Positions 8,629-20,185 of a stretch of 22,014 nt of DNA are shown piece after piece. Source of the stretch: Kudoa neothunni (lineage: Eukaryota > Animalia > Cnidaria); contig OZ199839.1 in assembly GCA_964304625.1 (NCBI GenBank), positions 11,577,236 through 11,599,249 on the forward strand, given 5' to 3'. A program made the position numbers and the translations under genes. Under the pieces are notes generated by a model. It ran no database searches, was not told the origin of the DNA, and saw only the letters and a list, made by a program, of their open reading frames with translations. Position 1 is the stretch's first letter; every line of letters starts with the position of its first letter.

Positions 8629-10099
8629 ATGAAACTGTGCTTTTTCAAAATATTTGTTGTGCTATATTTCCCAAATTTGTTTGCAGGTATATAAACATAT
8701 TCATCATATTCTGATAATATGTTAGATCCCATATTACCCTCTTACGAAAGAGATGAGGGAGATTGGCCTGTCGGTGTACAAATAAGTATGGACAATGTCA
8801 TTGATAGATGGTTCATTGACATCCAAGATGCTAAATGCAAACCTCTCGAATACCGAGGTATCAAAGGAAACTATAATAATTTCGCCTCAAAGGGACTATG
8901 TGAACTTCACGGTATTTTTCTAAATTAGTGTAAATTTCTGATAATATCTTGCAGGAACGTTGACAACAAAAGAAAAAATTCAAGGATGCAAAAAACCCAT
9001 GCATCCAGGACATTGCGTAAAAAACACACAAACAAGTAATCAATTCTACTTTGATCAAACAAACGCCAAATGTGTTTCGTTCCCATATAATGGATGTGGG
9101 GGGAGCTTTAATCGTTACATTGATGAAAAAGAATGCAAATTATATTGCTTAAGTAAAAAAATATGAACATTTCCATTGGACTAAATAATTTTTGTAGATA
9201 AAAGGAATGGCGGGCTTACAAATTCTGATGATGACAAAATAAAAGCAGCCGATCCTGAGATCATATTCGCAGTACCAAATACATTGGATTGCGAACTTAG
9301 ACCTGATGTTAAAGACAAAGATCCAAACACAGCAATTATTGCTGATAGAGAGAAAAACAAGTGTGCTTATGCAGCAGTCTCATTAGACTCAAACACAAGA
9401 GGGATATTCAATTCGTTTGGCGAATGTGTCAAAACATGTTTTCGTATAATTATTATTCATAATATCTTCGTCTTACATAATCTAGCATATCCAAATACAC
9501 AATCTACTGGTGATGGTGTAACGCAATATAACAGGAGAATAGCTGCATGCGACATTGGTCCAACTCAAGTTGCTATAGATAACCCAGATGACCCATCAGC
9601 TGATATTGAGTTCCGATATTATTATGATCGTGAGAGAAAAGTGTGTAAACGCATGGAAACCAAACGAGCTACAGTATCATCCGTCTTTGTTCCAACAAAA
9701 AATGATTTTCCAACTATGGAAATGTGTCATAGTTATTGCGGAGCGGGTACTTACGTTGATTCATTAAAAAAATTAAATTATAAAGTCTTTCTATGGTTAT
9801 ATCGGATTAAAAATTATTTTGAATTCGGAATAAATTTAGAAAAGTATAAAAAAGAAATTGTGATCGAAGAAACCTGCGTTAAAGACAAAATGGGTGAAAT
9901 CGGCAAAAACGAAAATGCATTCAAAGTTAAAAGATTCTATTATGATGCATCTAATAAGAAATGCAAAGCTTTTTATTACAAAGGATATGATGGGAACTCT
10001 AACAATTTTAAAACGGGGAATGAATGCATGGCGATCTGTGGTGGTCATTACAACAATGGAGACCCAATTATTGTAGAGGATATTCCTCAAACAGTATAG
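8629..10099 (+). CDS. Secreted five-domain Kunitz/BPTI-type protein, 402 aa, 6 exons
   Basis: join(8629..8686,8726..8911,8955..9152,9198..9443,9486..9746,9840..10099), with five phase-1 GT-AG introns of 39, 43, 45, 42 and 93 nt. Exon 1 is a signal peptide, MKLCFFKIFVVLYFPNLFA. Each later exon is one Kunitz unit with motifs such as FYFD..C..FPYNGCGGSFNRY....C...C and RFYYD...KCKAFYYKGYDGNSNNF....C...C. Track ORFs 8719, 8960 and 9284 are pieces of this gene. The last two introns are stop-free multiples of 3, so they are inferred from splice signals and composition. Confidence 0.93.
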
Positions 10100-10530
10100 G
10101 TATCATTCATATCGCCTTTTCTTTTCGAAATCATTATAAATTCAATCAATCAACTCTTTACTTCTTGATTTCTTATATATAAATTATTATATACAATTTT
10201 TGAGCATTAATAAACTTCAAACAAATTATTTAGTAGGTTTGTAATGTTACGAGTGTGTGTTTTTTAACTTGAGAAATACCTTCTTTGTGATCTAGTTTTG
10301 CGTTTCTGTTTAACCACCAATAGAGTATCAATTTCTTTATTATCAAAGCATTATTTTTACGGGAAAATAGCAAATAATAAACTGACATGTTTTGTTGTAA
10401 TGTCACATAGTCGCACTATTTCTACCGCCTAATAATTTGTAACTCTAAGTTAACTCTCACCACGAATAACATATTTAAAAATAAACTAAGTAAAATATAA
10501 AACCTTCAATAAAAATGGTTAATTCTTCAC

Positions 10531-10689
10531 GTAAATATGATGATGATGATGATGTAAATATGATGATGTAAATATGATGATGTAAATATGATGATGATGA
10601 TGTAAATATGATGATGTAAATATGATGATGATGATGATGTAAATATGATGATGATGATGATGATGATGTAAATATGATGATGTAAATAT
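10531..10689. repeat. Compound minisatellite: GTAAATAT x9 separated by (GAT)n with n = 5,2,2,4,2,5,7,2
   Basis: Read directly; no mismatches in any unit. Confidence 0.97.
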
Positions 10690-12849
10690 GTGCCAGGAAA
10701 TTACTAACGTTTAGGGTAACTCAAACATAAATCGGCTACCTGTATGACAATAAACCATTAGACAATCACGTCATTATAACAACAGTAGCGCGAACTATTC
10801 AGTGTTGCTTGGGAGCGATTTCGCTTAGTGATGTTTCTTAATTATATTCAAAAAATATATTAATGTTTCAAATTAACTTATAGAAGCGGTAAAACTAAAA
10901 AAATTTAAAGGATCATAATTGAAGACTTGGATTTTTAAATTTTAATCCTGATCATTGTAGAACAAGGATGTACTAATCCCGGTGTTCTTTTAACGGTATC
11001 GTGGCGTGGTCCGGCGATAAATAATTTAAGGTCTGCATCATACTTTTCTGCATTCTCAATTTATATAAATTACCGTAAACTGTCTTACAAAACGTCATTT
11101 TCCCCCCGGGGATTTTTCAAAGCCGATTCTGATCCGGCTCAAAAAGTTTAAGCCACACTTTTTGGGTAAGTAACCAAAGATATAAAGATAGAACAAAATC
11201 TAGGAAATTGATTTTTATTACTCAAATTAATCTCTTGGTCTGGCACCAACTTCAGTGCCCTCTTTCTCAAAAACACATAAAAATCGTGTCAATATCAACC
11301 TAATTATTTTAAATAATAAGGAATATAAATAAACCGCTCGCACTGAATTTAATCATTGAAAATTCAACTTTACGATCGATTTCAACTAAATCTAAGGACA
11401 TTTGCTTTTTGACAATACAGTAGCGCAGGGTTATTACTAGGGGTTAAGATCGGTTTTGGTTTTAAAAATTTGTTTTTTAATTAATATAATTTAGCTTCTA
11501 ATATTAATATATGCTGTATTTTAAACAACGAATGACTAAAATAATAATCAATCACATTTTATATATTTTTGGTAATGGTAAAATATGCGGCACTTATAGG
11601 ACATCCTCTTACGCATGCTTTTTCGTATTTCTTTTTCACGACTCTTGATAATAAAATAAAAGAATACGGAGAGTAAAAATTCAGCTGAAAATAATAACTT
11701 CAAAATTTTGAGAATTATTCATCCGGACGTGGTCGAATGTCGAATACACGTGTAATCTCCATCTTTTTTCAACAAACATTGAATTATTTTGTTTGTTTCT
11801 TAGCTATTATTTCAAAAGTTATTTATTGTTATTATTTAGATTTTTTACTATTGATATATAAACAATTTTATACAAACTAACTTTAAAAATAAACTTTTTG
11901 CAAATTTCACCAAAATATCTCTTGTTTAACTATAAAAAAATAGTTTTGAATTTTAAAAAATATATCTTTATGTTGTACAATTTGTTTTAGTTTATAATTT
12001 TTTTTCCTAAATTTCTTATTAGAAAATAAAAATTTATTCAATTTTTATTATTAAAATTCAGAAACCTATTCTTTTTAAATGAAAATAATGAGTTTTTTAC
12101 CTCGCAGTATCTGTAATATATCGGAAAAAAAATAATACGCTAAAATCTTATTGTTTTATAAGATTTTTTATGTGTCAAAATTTAGTCACAAATTCGGCAA
12201 AATATAGGAATTGAGAATTTTCCAAAGTTAAAACACAAAATATGATGAACCATTATTATTTTTATTGGTACACATATAGCAGGGTGAAACCAATAAATTT
12301 ATAAAAATAACAATTCTTTGAATTTATAATAACAATATTTTGCGTTCATCGAATGTTATACTAAATACACACGTAAGAATTCTTCTAATAAAGTAATAAT
12401 TTCATATAATCCATCTTAAGTTATTTACCTATTGAAAGTAAATATTTATCTAAAATATAGTGTTTATTTATTATTAAAAAACTTGTCACTTCTAAAAAAA
12501 TTGAAAAAATTCATTTTGAGAGCACGTAGTTATTTTCTCGTTTTGAAACCATTCACATTTAAAACCAACAAAAAAATGTATAGCTAAATTTGATATTGTA
12601 AAATTTGTTTTTATAAGGTATTGGACGCATTTCCCTTATAATATTAGGATTAGCACGACATCCAAAAACTATATAATATTAAGGAACAACGCGCGTACTC
12701 GATTATATTCCAGTTAGTGTTGGTCTCTCTGTAGCGCATCTTACGCCAGGCCTCGTAGACATAACAACATCGATATAAAAAATATCATTGTCGGACGTTT
12801 GACACCATTTGGAGTTTTGGGTTTACGACAATCATCTATATGAGTCAAA

Positions 12850-13880
12850 TCAATTCAACAATATTTAAATCACCAATTAACATTATTACATCATTGAATT
12901 CATTTTTCCATGAACGTAACACGGATACATCATACGAGAAAATTATTATTGCACAATGCGTGGAGCGAATAAATTTCCTAATAATGAAAAATCATATAAA
13001 CATTCTATTTAAATGCTAAAACAAGTTAAATGAAGAAAATTGAATATTTACTCCGCTAAATTACAAGAATGAAGAGGTTTGGTTTTTCTTAAGTAACGTC
13101 TTATATCACTGGTTCCTAAAGACCAACTTCTTTTCTTTTTTTTACATTAATTTATAATCCATTTTCACAATTTTTTGGTCAATTATGTTTTAAAAAGAAT
13201 TCTTTAAATAGGTAAAAATAATTTTTTTGGACCTATAGACACTTCTTTACACTCCGTATAAAATATTCTAAATGTATTTTTATTTATTTCTAGATCATCT
13301 TTCTTCATTACGACTACACAAGATTCGTTCAGCTTGAATCATATCAAATGCATGTATCGTATGATGAATCTAAAGATTCGATCAAATGGTTGTTAAATGC
13401 ATTAGTTGATGCTGATCCTTTATTGATGACAAATTTATGAACAATAATAACAGTGAAATATCAATGCCTCTAAAAGTGCTTTAACATAACGTTTGAATCT
13501 ATTTCCCTATTGATATGTATATGTAGGTTTCATCTCTGTCAAATTTCCAGCGTGAAATTAAATAGGAAAATATGGTATCAATTCAGAATGGAAGCTCTTC
13601 TATGAACATTTTAAATTAAATAGTTTATATTATTAGTAAAGATCAATTTTATTCCTATGTGATAAATTATGTGGCACAGAGTCCCCAACGTCTCTATTTA
13701 TTTTGATAAAATTAGGAACTCAATCGTAAACTAATGGATAATTGGCTTAGGTTCAGCCGAAAATTATAATAACTGCAAAAATTTTAGATTGGAATCAATA
13801 AATGGCAAAATTAGATGCATTATTAAAATTTTTCAGCTCCACATGAAATCTTAATATATTTCTTCAGTTACTTGAAATCT
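12850..13880 (+). mobile_element. Degenerate MULE (Mutator, ZSWIM1/3-like) transposase
   Basis: Collinear blocks: DESKDSIKWLLNAL (~13363), LFP...ICRFHL/FQREIK*ENM (~13500-13575; CxxH motif), and YFDKIRNSIVN*WIIGLGSAENYNNCKNFRLESINGKIRCII (~13699-13825; ~YFxxNW...W...TNNRLESxNxKLK). Many stops and frameshifts; boundaries are approximate and no TIRs were found. Confidence 0.8.
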
Positions 13881-14260
13881 ATGAGAATTGAAAGAAAATT
13901 ACCAATAATAATCGGGTTTTTAAAATCATATGTTACCATAACTAACAACGAAACTTTCAGGCATTACTATACTCATAGGAAACCCAACACATCTAATATT
14001 GTTTGGGAGGAATTATCCAAAATAAAAATTAGAAGGAGACTGAAGATAAGTAGAGCATTTGTTATTGGGCTCACCAAAAAACAATCAATAAAAGTCGAAT
14101 TAATAATTTTTTTGGATAAAATTTGGATTTATGAATTAAAAAAATTGTGACTCATTGAATTTAATAAAACTAACATTTTAACAAATCAATAAAATTGTTT
14201 TCAAGAAAAATAACATAAAATGTGGAAAATATTAAGATTACGACAAACAAAAGGTAAAAA

Positions 14261-15960
14261 CATAGTTTCATTCAAAAATACGAGGGAGTTCGGAAGCCTC
14301 GGTTTTTTTGCTATTTATAGCCATTGGAATCACTTGTGAAAAGTTAGCTGTTACCTGTGTCACATTAAAATTTGTAACGTGCGAGTTGGTGGAAAATTTG
14401 AATTAATTGGCCAAGAATGTCGTAAATTAGCATTCATTACTATTATTAAATCAAGAAAAGTACGGTTTTGGTACATGTGAGATGATTAAGGTATGGTTTT
14501 AATAAACAAATTCTCCACTTTAAATTGAAAAAAAACTTTTACACATTTCTTGGAAAAAATATAATCGAATATATTTGTGGAATCAAATTTTTAATATCTC
14601 ATTTATTCTAGAAGATATTCCCATCCATGCTTATAGTTAATCCCTAATGGGGATTAAATGGATCCATGAAAATAACCACTTCCTTAACCAAATTCCTTTT
14701 GATAAATAATAATAAGTGTGGATTAAGATTATTAGAGGATATTCTTAAAGTGCTTGAGTATTTATTATCGGAATATAGAATTGACGATATTTTAATGTAT
14801 TCGATTTGTATTTGTCTGAACAATTAATGAATTGTTCGAGTTTGGGGAAAATTTACATATATTATATATTTTGATAATATGCCACGAAAAAATTTCTTTG
14901 TTTGATTGGTACTTAGGTATGAATTCCATTCTCTAAGCTCATTGTTTCTAATTCGTATATTTGTTTATATTATATTATTACGTCAAATCTTGGTTTTATA
15001 ACTTTTTGTTGAATTTATTTCCCTTAGTGAAATTAAAAAATTAATTAATTTTTTTAAGAGTTGCAAATAATTTAAAAATGAACGATTAACGCTGATAAAA
15101 TACGAAAATAAAATGAGCCTACGGAATGGAGATGTTTTGTGGCAATTAGGATTCACACCATTGGACAGTCATAGGTAATAACAGGACCTGTTAAATATTT
15201 CACTAAGATTTTTGTTACGTGTAATGTTTATTCCACCTTATAGGGAATCCCTTTGTTCAATTATTCATATTTTATATTGATACCTGTATTATCATGATCA
15301 TCATCCGTGCTTAAAGTTTATTTTTAGCAGGTTAAAGACTTAACTGTAACATGTAAGCTTCAATTTGAGAGTATGGATGCTTGTTGGATGATTGTATTTG
15401 TCTTTACTCATCAATTATTGATAAAATCGTCCAACGCTGGATCAACCATTAAACTATACGTAAAAACTTTATGAAAGACTGATTTAAATTATTTATAGAC
15501 TGGTATTACATTATTACTGAAAGATGGTCTGATTCACATAACACCATTCACATTTGAGAACAACATTTCAACTACTCAGAGTATTATTATTAAAATTCAA
15601 GATGGAGTGTGTTCATGTATCATCGTCTTTTTATAATTAAATTTCTAATATTCTTAAATTTTAGTGGAACATGTCAGTAATAATGATGAAATTCTGAGTG
15701 CCATAGGACAATGTTTACACCATTCCATACAAAAGTTTGGTCAAATTTATTTCTCACCTTCTTTTCTGCCTGAAGCCTATTTTGTGTTTCCATCCACCTT
15801 TATGAATTCGATGTAAACAGTTATATATGTTTATAAAGTACATGTGGTAGTGCAAGGATACACGTCAGATTGTTGGGATTAAAATAATAGTTAAGTAAAT
15901 TTGTTTAATGCGATAACCACAGTAAGCGTCTTCAATGATTGAATCATGCATTACCCCCGC
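14261..15960 (+). pseudogene. GDA1/CD39-like pseudogene, copy C
   Basis: In order: an N-terminal hydrophobic stretch SVFLLFIAIGIT; EKYG (~14455); EDIPIHAYS*SLMGIKWI (14611; ~ETPVYLGATAGMRLL); EDILKVLEYLLSEY (14735; ~DRVLDVVERSLSNY); and LRNGDVLWQLGFTP (15119; same spacing as LDLGGASTQVTFVP). Open exons 15331-15459, 15499-15616 and 15665-~15813 are joined by 39- and 48-nt GT-AG introns and encode GITLLLKDGLIHITPFT (~GYKKVVNVSDLYKTPCT). A last block is IVK*ICLMR*PQ (~MKKFCAQPWEE). Several in-frame stops. Confidence 0.65.
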
Positions 15961-16241
15961 AATCAGTTAAAAAATAATGTATATTTCAATTTTCCGATAA
16001 TGTTATCGTGGTTAGCCCATAAAAAAGGATAAGATTTGTGTTTTAATTTTTCTTGTTTTAAAATTCTTCTCATTGTAGACAAATAATTAAAATATACAAA
16101 TATCTAATAGAGATATCATATCTGGATGTTTTTAACCCTCCATGTAAACGAAAATAAGGCATCCTTAGAGTAAAATAGTGAAATGATAAAATAGAGTGCA
16201 TTTAGATCCAAGAGACTTTTCTCTTTAATTTATTGACTTAA

Positions 16242-18900
16242 TCCTCTAAGGTGAGCGAAAACGACCATCCTCCAAAGTCACTTGAGGTCCAAACGACCCA
16301 AGTTTTTTATTCGATGAATTAACTTAATAAATAAAGATATAAGGTTTTATTAAGTTTAGAATATTTCTGTCGAATAAATTTTAAAGAAAAAGCCGAACAC
16401 TTGTGTAATTAATCCGTTACTATCTCATCCGTGCCATGTCAGGTTGAATCGAAAGTAATTGTTGTATAAAACCGTTGATGAATAATCTTATATTTTTAAT
16501 AAATAAACAATTCAAGTGAATTGACTTAATGATTAATATTTTTATGGAAAATTTTAAATTTCATATTTAAGTTATTGTTCAAGAGAGTATTTCTACTCAG
16601 CTCGAATAGTTCCCCCGATCAAAAGGTGCCTGCACAAAAAATGAATAAAACTGATAAATATGTTGATTAATATAAATCTTTGACAAGTAAATTTGTAGAT
16701 AACTCTACGGAATCATCTGAAACGTTCATTAAATCGGTGGATGTGAAAATACTGAGGACTCAATAATCAGTAAAAGCGGCATTGTGTGGGGTTTTAGTAA
16801 ACCGATAACGTCAAGAAAAGGCTCGGCAATACCATGAAAACACCGCCTAGCCCTACTTCGTATTTTACTCAGCAGTTTGAAAGCATGTTAGTTTGCTTTC
16901 ATCCTATGTACTATCATAATTTTTTGAATAAATAATCTAATATATCAATTTTATGAAGATTTCATTTCAGAGGTGATTGAATTCTATTAATAAATTTCTC
17001 CAAATAGATTATATTTACTTTTTACGATTCTATAAATGTATTTTATGTGTGTAAATGGAAGTTTGCCATATCTATTTTAATTAGCGGTCACCTGTGAATA
17101 ATTAAATTCTTACAAAAAATAAACATTAATTAATTTTATAAAATTTTTATTACATTCTATGTAAGTAAAATGAATAACACAATCGAACCTGGATATTAAG
17201 CAATTTTTTGGGAATGGAAATAAATTACACAATGGGGAGATTTTACGCAATACAGGCTATTAGCGCGAGCGCGTTACGTATAAAAAACAAAAATTTATTC
17301 GGGTTTAAAATTTAAAATTACCGGTAATTTCAGTTTGTTTGCATTAATTTTTGATTATATTAAATAGGAACTCCATAACTGGATGTGTTTTGAAAATAAT
17401 GCTGTTGAGTTTTTGAACATAAAAGTTTTATAATTAAATTATTTGAATATTTGAGTTCCGCAATTGACACAAGCGTTTTATCTTTTACAAGGTTTGGATT
17501 GATATTTCATTAAATCTATCTACTATATGCGCTTCAGTTAAAGCTATTGATTCTCCGTTTCTTCAATGTTGTTGATTTCGTCATAATTTTTTATCGAAAA
17601 ATTAAAGTTGATAAACAATTAAATAATGTGTCAAATTTTTCAACATTTTTTCGGAAAAATCATGATTTAAGTTTTCATTATCAAATAATGTTTAATTTAA
17701 TATTTTGGAGAGTTAAAATACAAGGTTCAAAAAGTCTAGATTCTCTTAAGAAATTTTAAGTGATAGTCGTTGATACGCTTTCCGTTGCATGTTTTAAAGT
17801 TTAAATAAAACCAAAATGATATTCTTAAATAAATTTGAGTTATTCATATTTATTATGTTTCACTATTTCTATCCTAGTGACATTGTTGGGAATTTTCCCA
17901 AAAAATTAATCATAGTTTGATTATTTACATTGTTGGTTTCACCATAAAATTTTTTATAATTAATTCCAAGCCTATGTTTAAATCCCAAGAACCAAACATT
18001 ACTACCGGTGAAATTGTCTATGTTTATGGATTTAACGTTATTTTTGTCTTTTTCACGATGACGTAGATGACGTAAGCAAGCACAACTTTTTTCTCATTTG
18101 CATTTTAGCTATCCATGTAAAGAATAAACTATCTAACTCTGTGTACTTGTCTTCATTTATTTTTTTTTTGAAGCCGAAATAGTAGAATTAATGATATCAA
18201 TTTGGAAAGCTAAAATTATATTAATAATAGGGCGCCTTGAAAATATATTATATTTTGTTTCGATAATTTTATATTATTAGATGGTTTAGGATGTTTAAAG
18301 ATCGTTGCATTTTCTCCTTTGAGTGATTTAATCGAATTATAATATTCGATAATTTCAATTTTTTCAGCCACCGTTCGCTAATTCCTTAACATTTTTTTGC
18401 AAAATTCAAAAATAGGATTAATTGAGGATGGAAGTGGACTAGATGTTACGCAGTAGCGAGATTTTAGTTTTAACGATATATCTTAAATTTATATTTCTCT
18501 AATAAACATTTTCATCTTTTTTCGCTCCGGTAACATTAATTTAAATAATATACAAGCAAAGTGTAAGTAAACAATTTAAAACATCCGTTATATTTCAACA
18601 AACTTGAGAAATTACGCAATATCCAGCTTCGACTGTACTTGTTTAACTACACTCTTATTTATTCTTAGAATATATTGACTACAAAACGTCGTGGGTTAAA
18701 TTGGACCACTAAAGTCCTTAAAGGATAATATTTTTTCAACACCTAATTTTTATTCAATCGGTTTAAGATTTTAAAAGAATGAAAAATATTCAAAAATAGG
18801 ATATTAAATAGAATTTCACGAATTTCTGATTATTACATACATAATACCTGGTAAATTAATCATGATTTGAGGCCTAATAGACCTCAACGTCCTTAACGGG
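16242..18900 (+). mobile_element. Decayed piggyBac-family element with TTAA flanks
   Basis: The left end is TTAA|TCCTCTAAGG and the reverse-complemented right end is TTAA|CCCGTTAAGG, both with a subterminal TTGAGGTC. Transposase remnants: IISKSGIVW / NTMKTPPSPTSYFTQQFESMLVCF...LNKII*YIN (~16762-16950) and GSGLDVTQ*RDFS (~18429-18468; ~GSGRNVTxDNFFTS). Confidence 0.65.
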
Positions 18901-19836
18901 TTAATGTCTTATTACATGTTTAAAATTTTTTGTACAAAATACGCATGGTTTTGACGATAATTTCACATTGAAATATTCCCCAGCACGGACACGTTATTGC
19001 TAAATGCAGAGGTCACAAAATTTTTTGATTTTCATAAGCTTTTAGGGTTGGATTAAAATTTTTTTGAAGAACAGTTGTAAAATGAAACAAAAGTAATATA
19101 AATATAAAAAATAATGAATATGTATTTGTATGTGAACGTGATTATAACAGGAAATTGAGTCATGTGACAGAATTTAGTATATTTCCGTTTTGAGACACCC
19201 TATGGGAGATCGGACCATCCGTCGTCTACCGTATAATACCAAAAAAATCGTGATTTTATGTATATTTGTGATTATAAACAAGAATTACAATTTTTTCGAG
19301 AATAAAATTCACAGTTTATTAATTTTATCATACTCAAATTGTGTAGATTCTAATAAGAAGTTCATTATTCGAGTTTTAAATATTTTTATTATTTCTTTTC
19401 TATCCAACACTCTGAGATAAGTAAATAATTTTGTAAAATACTGTATATGATGCTATAAAATATCTAAGGAACGGTTATTATTGCCCATCATTTAAATTGC
19501 TATTATCAAATCAATTAAACCCAATCAGATAAAAATTAGAGATATTTGATTTAATTGAATAAGCTTAAACAATTTCAAATTTAAAACTCTTAGGAATATA
19601 GGAATCAAATAAAAATTAACACATATATCATCGATTTGTACATTTTACATTTAGGACCTTGCTATACTAGTGAGTCGATTTTCTCTTCTGTTTCAATTAA
19701 AATAAAATAAAAATAAAAAGGAGATTAAGTGTGGATTTTTAATCAATACTCATATAATAAAATAATGCATTGATAGTCTTTAAGTAAGTTAACACAACTT
19801 CACGTGCGTAAGCGTATTCGAGTGTTAGGAGGTTCA

Positions 19837-19904
19837 CCGCGGGTCGGATTAAATGTATCGGAGGTCTGGATTTGGCCCACAGTCCGTATTTTCGTGGCCA
19901 CCGC
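19837..19904 (+). mobile_element. hAT/Charlie-like terminal remnant
   Basis: The GC-rich island CGCGGGTCGGATTAAA...GGTCTGGATTTGGCCCACAGTCCGTATTTT resembles the recalled GGCCGGATTTGGCCCGCGGGCCGTAGTTT end of Charlie-type elements. No partner end was found. Confidence 0.45.
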
Positions 19905-20185
19905 CAAATGCTAATAAGATTTGAGAATCGTTCATTTCAAAATAACTTATTAATTCGAATAATTAAGATATTTATCATAAAAATATCTCTTTATTTTTGG
20001 TAATATCTTTAATCGTAACATTGGATTTCCCGATCATTATGAGATATTTTGCAATAACGTAATATTATTTTGTAATAATTATTAAATTCTATAAATTAAA
20101 GTGATTTTTATATAAATTTTTGTCACAAATGAAGATAGACTTAAACTCTGTGCTAAGAAAAATTTTCAATACCACAAAACTAATG

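Noticed and set aside
8861-10090. Track ORFs 8861-9058(-), 9836-10090(-) and 9894-10076(+)
   Set aside because: Antisense or alternative-frame shadows of the Kunitz exons, with no recognisable motifs.
10209-10214. AATAAA poly(A) signal after the Kunitz stop
   Set aside because: The position is plausible, but the hexamer is too frequent in this AT-rich DNA to call without transcript data.
10531-10689. CRISPR-like or telomeric array
   Set aside because: The repeat is only 8 bp, the spacers are simple GAT runs, no cas genes are present and the context is eukaryotic. There are no G-tracts and the array is internal.
640-15920. Stop-codon reassignment explaining in-frame stops in the CD39-like copies
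   Set aside because: Mago ends in TAA and the Kunitz gene in TAG, neither intact gene has internal stops, and the relics also contain frameshifts.
19186-19203. Tc1/mariner-like end (reverse complement TAGGGTGTCTCAAAA)
   Set aside because: A single short match with no partner TIR or transposase nearby.
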